A stretch of 64,000 bases of DNA from Deltaproteobacteria bacterium (lineage in GTDB: Bacteria; SAR324; NAC60-12). The notes under the pieces were generated by a model. That model worked only from the letters and a program-made list of their open reading frames with translations. It was not told the DNA's origin and ran no database searches. This document shows, in pieces, positions 60,864-64,000 of the stretch; position 1 is the first letter of the stretch; each line of letters starts with the position of its first letter. The position numbers were made by a program, and so were the translations under genes. The stretch lies in contig NYXK01000235.1 of the NCBI GenBank assembly GCA_002685535.1, positions 8,058 to 72,057 on the forward strand, in the 5' to 3' direction.

Positions 60864-63160
60864 CTACGTCTTCTGACGTTTCTTCTTGGTAGGTTTCCTA
60901 TCGCCTATACTCGACACAACAGCATCGTCTAACAGCTCACCCTGCAATTGCTCTTCAGCAGCTTCGGCATCTGCTTCTGCCTCGGCATCCTCGTCCTCAT
61001 TTTCAGAATCGACCTCAGCATCGCTGTCCTCATCTTCAGAGTCGAGACCGAAAGCCTGGTCGACATCGCCAACGACATCAAGATCAGCACCGCCATCATC
61101 GCTTCCGAAACCCTCGAATTCATCGTCGTCTTCTTCGCCATTGAGTGCCGAAGATTCCATATCTGCCATAGATGTATCTGCGACCGTCGTATCTGCAACG
61201 GATTCATCATCGCGTTTCCGCTTCTTGCCCATCTCCCCGAGTCTGCCAGCACGACCTTCAACACCCTTCTCGGTCTCGGATCCTTCTAGCAGAGGCGGAG
61301 GCGTGAACCAAGGAATCTTCCCTCTCAGGAAGTCATTTAGGACCATCTTCGCAACACCATCGACATCCGGCTCACCACCATGCAACAGCCTGCCACCTTT
61401 CCTCGCCAGCAACTCAAGGAATTCAATGTGACCGTTGTATCCTTTCAGTTGGTATGTTCGCTCAATATGTTGTGGTTTCGTTTTGCTCAGAACAGCTGGG
61501 ATGTACTGCTCTGGATTCTCGACGTTCTCAACTCTGACTACACCACGCAACAGGATGTCTTGTGGCGTGTCGGTGCTGCTCGGTGGGACAACACCGGGAC
61601 AATCGATAAGATAAATTCTCTTCATCAATGTGATGTATTGCCAAACCTTGGTCTCACCTGGAATTGGTGCGACGGTACAGACTTTCTTTTTGCGGAGGGT
61701 GTTGATTATGGATGACTTTCCGGTATTGGGGTAGCCGATGAAACCTACGGAAATTTGTTTGCGGTCGGAGTGGAGGGAGGAGAATTGACGGAGGAGTTGG
61801 ATCAAGGAGCCTTTACCGAAGGAGTTGGTGATGGATGCGTGGAAGGCGAGTGTAGGATAATCTTTCGACAGGTGTCTAACCCACGCGGCCTGAAAATGTT
61901 AGTAAGGTAACATCAAATGAATTCAAATCCTGTGAAGTGTGATGTATGAATCATTACTAAGAAAACCACCACAAGCCACTAATCAAAGCGGAAGTGGCCT
62001 TCAACTCAAACGAAACAGAACCAGACTCTTTACGACAGACTCTCCAAGACGGTGAGCTGTCTACTCATGACCCGAGGGTCAAGAGCGGCGAGAATGGAGT
62101 CAATCTACCAAAGTTGTAACAGACAGTCTTCCATTGCGAAGAGCACACGAAATGCAGAAGGCGCCTTGACTTAACGATGGAACTGGGCATGGGAAAAGAA
62201 GCAGGGAAATTAACTTACAGCTACACCGGTGGGGACCAAGTCGCACTTGTTAAGTACGAATATCAAGTGCTTGTGAGGCGCCTCGTCCTTGATGTACTTT
62301 TCGACACTTCGACATCGGGTACCGAGAGGGTCTCTGGCATCCAGAACATGAATGACAACGTCTGAAGAGTCAATGACTTTGTACAACTCGTTCCATATCC
62401 GCTTGCTTTGGCCCTTGTTGAAAATTGCTTCCCTCGCACTGGTAAGATACCCGTGATCTGGGATCGCAGACTCTCCAATTGCCTCGGTATCTGCTCCCGA
62501 ATTCCCACTCAACAGCTGGGCCTGCTCGAGACGATCTAAGTAGGTATCGTGGCTTTGGACACTCTGCTCGGCGAGATCCTCTAACGAGCTCACTCCAATC
62601 TTAACTCTCTTTCTTTGCGCATGGGGACCAAAGACATCTCCAAACGGCGAGGCTTCCACTGTCATTTTGGCTTGATGCTGCTTCAATCCATTCTTGCCTT
62701 CACCATCTCTGATCAAGCTCATGGGCAGCTTGTTTGACTTAAGTAGGACGGAGTATGGGTCTGAGGCTCGTTCGGCCATGGCTTCTCGGAACGAATTGAG
62801 GGCATCTTGACCAATGACTCGAGAGTTGGTAAACCATTTCCGGTTGGGCTCGATTCTTGCGACGGGGACTTGCTTGCTTTGAAATTGTGCGGATTGTGTG
62901 AGATCTCCAGCAGCATTATGTCGACCCGATCCTGTGTCCTTGAACATCTTAAGGGTCTTGGCCTGCTTGCCTGTCCTATTGAACAAACATTGTTAGCTTT
63001 TGCGCCGATTGAAGCTTCACCAAAGCTGGCAATGATCGGATGCAGCGCAGAATGTCACATACCTGTAAAAGTTCTCACCCTTGACCTTGACGTTCGCCAT
63101 CCCATCACTGCTCTTCCCCTCACGCACCTTGCGTGAGGCTTCTTTCTTCGCCCGACCCAT
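60864..63160 (-). CDS. NOG2: Nucleolar GTP-binding protein 2 (NOG2/NGP1 family, 60S ribosome biogenesis GTPase)
   Basis: Exons 63063..63160 ([32 protein letters not shown]), 62219..62975 (...[41 protein letters not shown]) and 60864..61889 ([36 protein letters not shown]...[18 protein letters not shown]...DCPGVV). Circularly permuted G-motif order (NKCD before GxxxxGKS). Acidic C-terminal tail. Introns 62976..63062 (87 nt) and 61890..62218 (329 nt). Confidence 0.92.
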
Positions 63161-63388
63161 GATTGTGGTTGTGATGGTTGTTGAGTTTAAAGTGGAAGAA
63201 AAGGCGGGCGAGAAATTCTAAAATGTCAAAAATTCGAGATTGCGCTAACTTTATCAGCATACGCGGCCGGCGGTGTGGTGCGGCCGACAGAGCCGCGCTA
63301 AAGATTGATTTCCTCCTGAAGTGGATGCAGAACCACCAACGACAGCTTCAAGCCAGCTGCGCCAAAGACCTACACAGGTCAAACAATC

Positions 63389-64000
63389 ATGCCTCCTCCA
63401 TTATCAAAGACCTCACTGAACTCATTGAGTCGGTGCAGGGGTCCATCAAACTCAATCCCTCTCAGATCATTCTCAACATCATCTTCCCTCGCATCGATCG
63501 GACCAGAAAACCCCAAGTTCATCGAAATCCCAGTACCTCCTCAACATCAAGCTCTTCCGAAGATTGATGTGAAAGGAACTCTTCCTCCTCCTCGAAATAT
63601 TTTTCCCAATCGTGCCGGCGACAAGACCTCTTCAGAGTACCTGGCAGCAGTCACACCTGAACCATTATCCCAAACAGCTCCACATAACGATTTTGTAGCA
63701 TGGAAACGTCGCATGGCAGAGAACAGGCGGACAAACTTGAGAGAAGGTCTGGTGGAGTTACATAAGAGGAAGACTCTTCAAGACAAGATGGTTGCTGCGC
63801 GAAGCAAGAACAGGAGCATAGCCCGTGAGAAGGCATTGCATGCTCCTCAACGAGAGGACGAGCGTCTAACCAATCCCACCATCACGCAAATGAATCGAAC
63901 TCTGCAATCGGGACCTGTACCGGATCCAGATCGCGCGGCTCGAGTGGCGGAAAAGAAGGCAAGGGTGGAGGCAATTGCATTGGCTAAGGAGGAGCAACGA
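63389..64000 (+). CDS. Mitochondrially targeted protein, possibly mitoribosomal small-subunit PET123/mS26-like; 3' end runs off the window
   Basis: Open frame from ATG 63389 to the window end (204 codons, so not listed in the ORF track). The presequence-like start MPPPLSKTSLNSLSRCRGPSNSIPLRSFSTSSSLAS is followed by IEIPVPPQHQALPKIDVKGTLPPPRNIF...WKRRMAENRRTNLREGLVELHKRK and a Lys/Arg/Glu-rich helical region. The family name is a memory-based guess. Confidence 0.6.
   Translation, partial: MPPPLSKTSLNSLSRCRGPSNSIPLRSFSTSSSLASIGPENPKFIEIPVPPQHQALPKIDVKGTLPPPRNIFPNRAGDKTSSEYLAAVTPEPLSQTAPHNDFVAWKRRMAENRRTNLREGLVELHKRKTLQDKMVAARSKNRSIAREKALHAPQREDERLTNPTITQMNRTLQSGPVPDPDRAARVAEKKARVEAIALAKEEQR

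Noticed and set aside
60886-61431. 181-codon plus-strand Ser-rich ORF
   Set aside because: It is antisense to the Asp/Glu-rich tail of NOG2. GAN/GAR codons read in reverse give Ser/Leu-rich, stop-poor frames, so this is a compositional artefact.

Overview
This window is eukaryotic. It is a gene-dense chromosomal segment of a filamentous ascomycete. Most long ORFs are interrupted by short spliceosomal introns of about 45-90 nt, with GTAAGT/GTGAGT/GTATGT donors, a CTRAC branch and a YAG acceptor. Recognisable protein motifs are often restored only after splicing. I found no rRNA, tRNA, CRISPR array, transposon or secondary-metabolite core enzyme.

I can support about 25 protein-coding loci. The dominant theme is carbohydrate metabolism:
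- GH43 beta-xylosidase/arabinofuranosidase
- GMC oxidoreductase that looks frameshifted
- DUF1479 dioxygenase-like gene, divergent from an MFS sugar porter
- Och1-like GT32 mannosyltransferase
- Stealth (GlcNAc-1-phosphotransferase-like) enzyme
- Ser/Thr-rich WSC-domain secreted protein
- intracellular GH32 invertase next to a MAL-activator-type Zn2Cys6 regulator
- GH29 alpha-L-fucosidase
- a family-unassigned glycosidase-like secreted protein
- GH11 xylanase

The right end holds housekeeping genes: a KH-domain protein, the NOG2 nucleolar GTPase and a mitochondrial protein. The other supported loci are a C2H2 protein, a PRISE/SirQ-like SDR, a GNAT acetyltransferase and a second Zn2Cys6 factor.

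All family calls come from motifs I recognise by eye. No database search or HMM was run. Exon boundaries come from manual splice-site and reading-frame reasoning. Several regions (about 650-2000, 4300-7700, 44500-47000, 48400-50100, 52700-54650, 56700-57440) have coding potential that I could not resolve.

I cannot show that anything here is truly undescribed. The most interesting candidates are:
- the Stealth / GT32 / WSC neighbourhood
- the Zn2Cys6 gene whose zinc cluster is split by a 342-nt intron carrying a transmembrane micro-ORF
- the decayed GMC gene inside an otherwise intact CAZyme island
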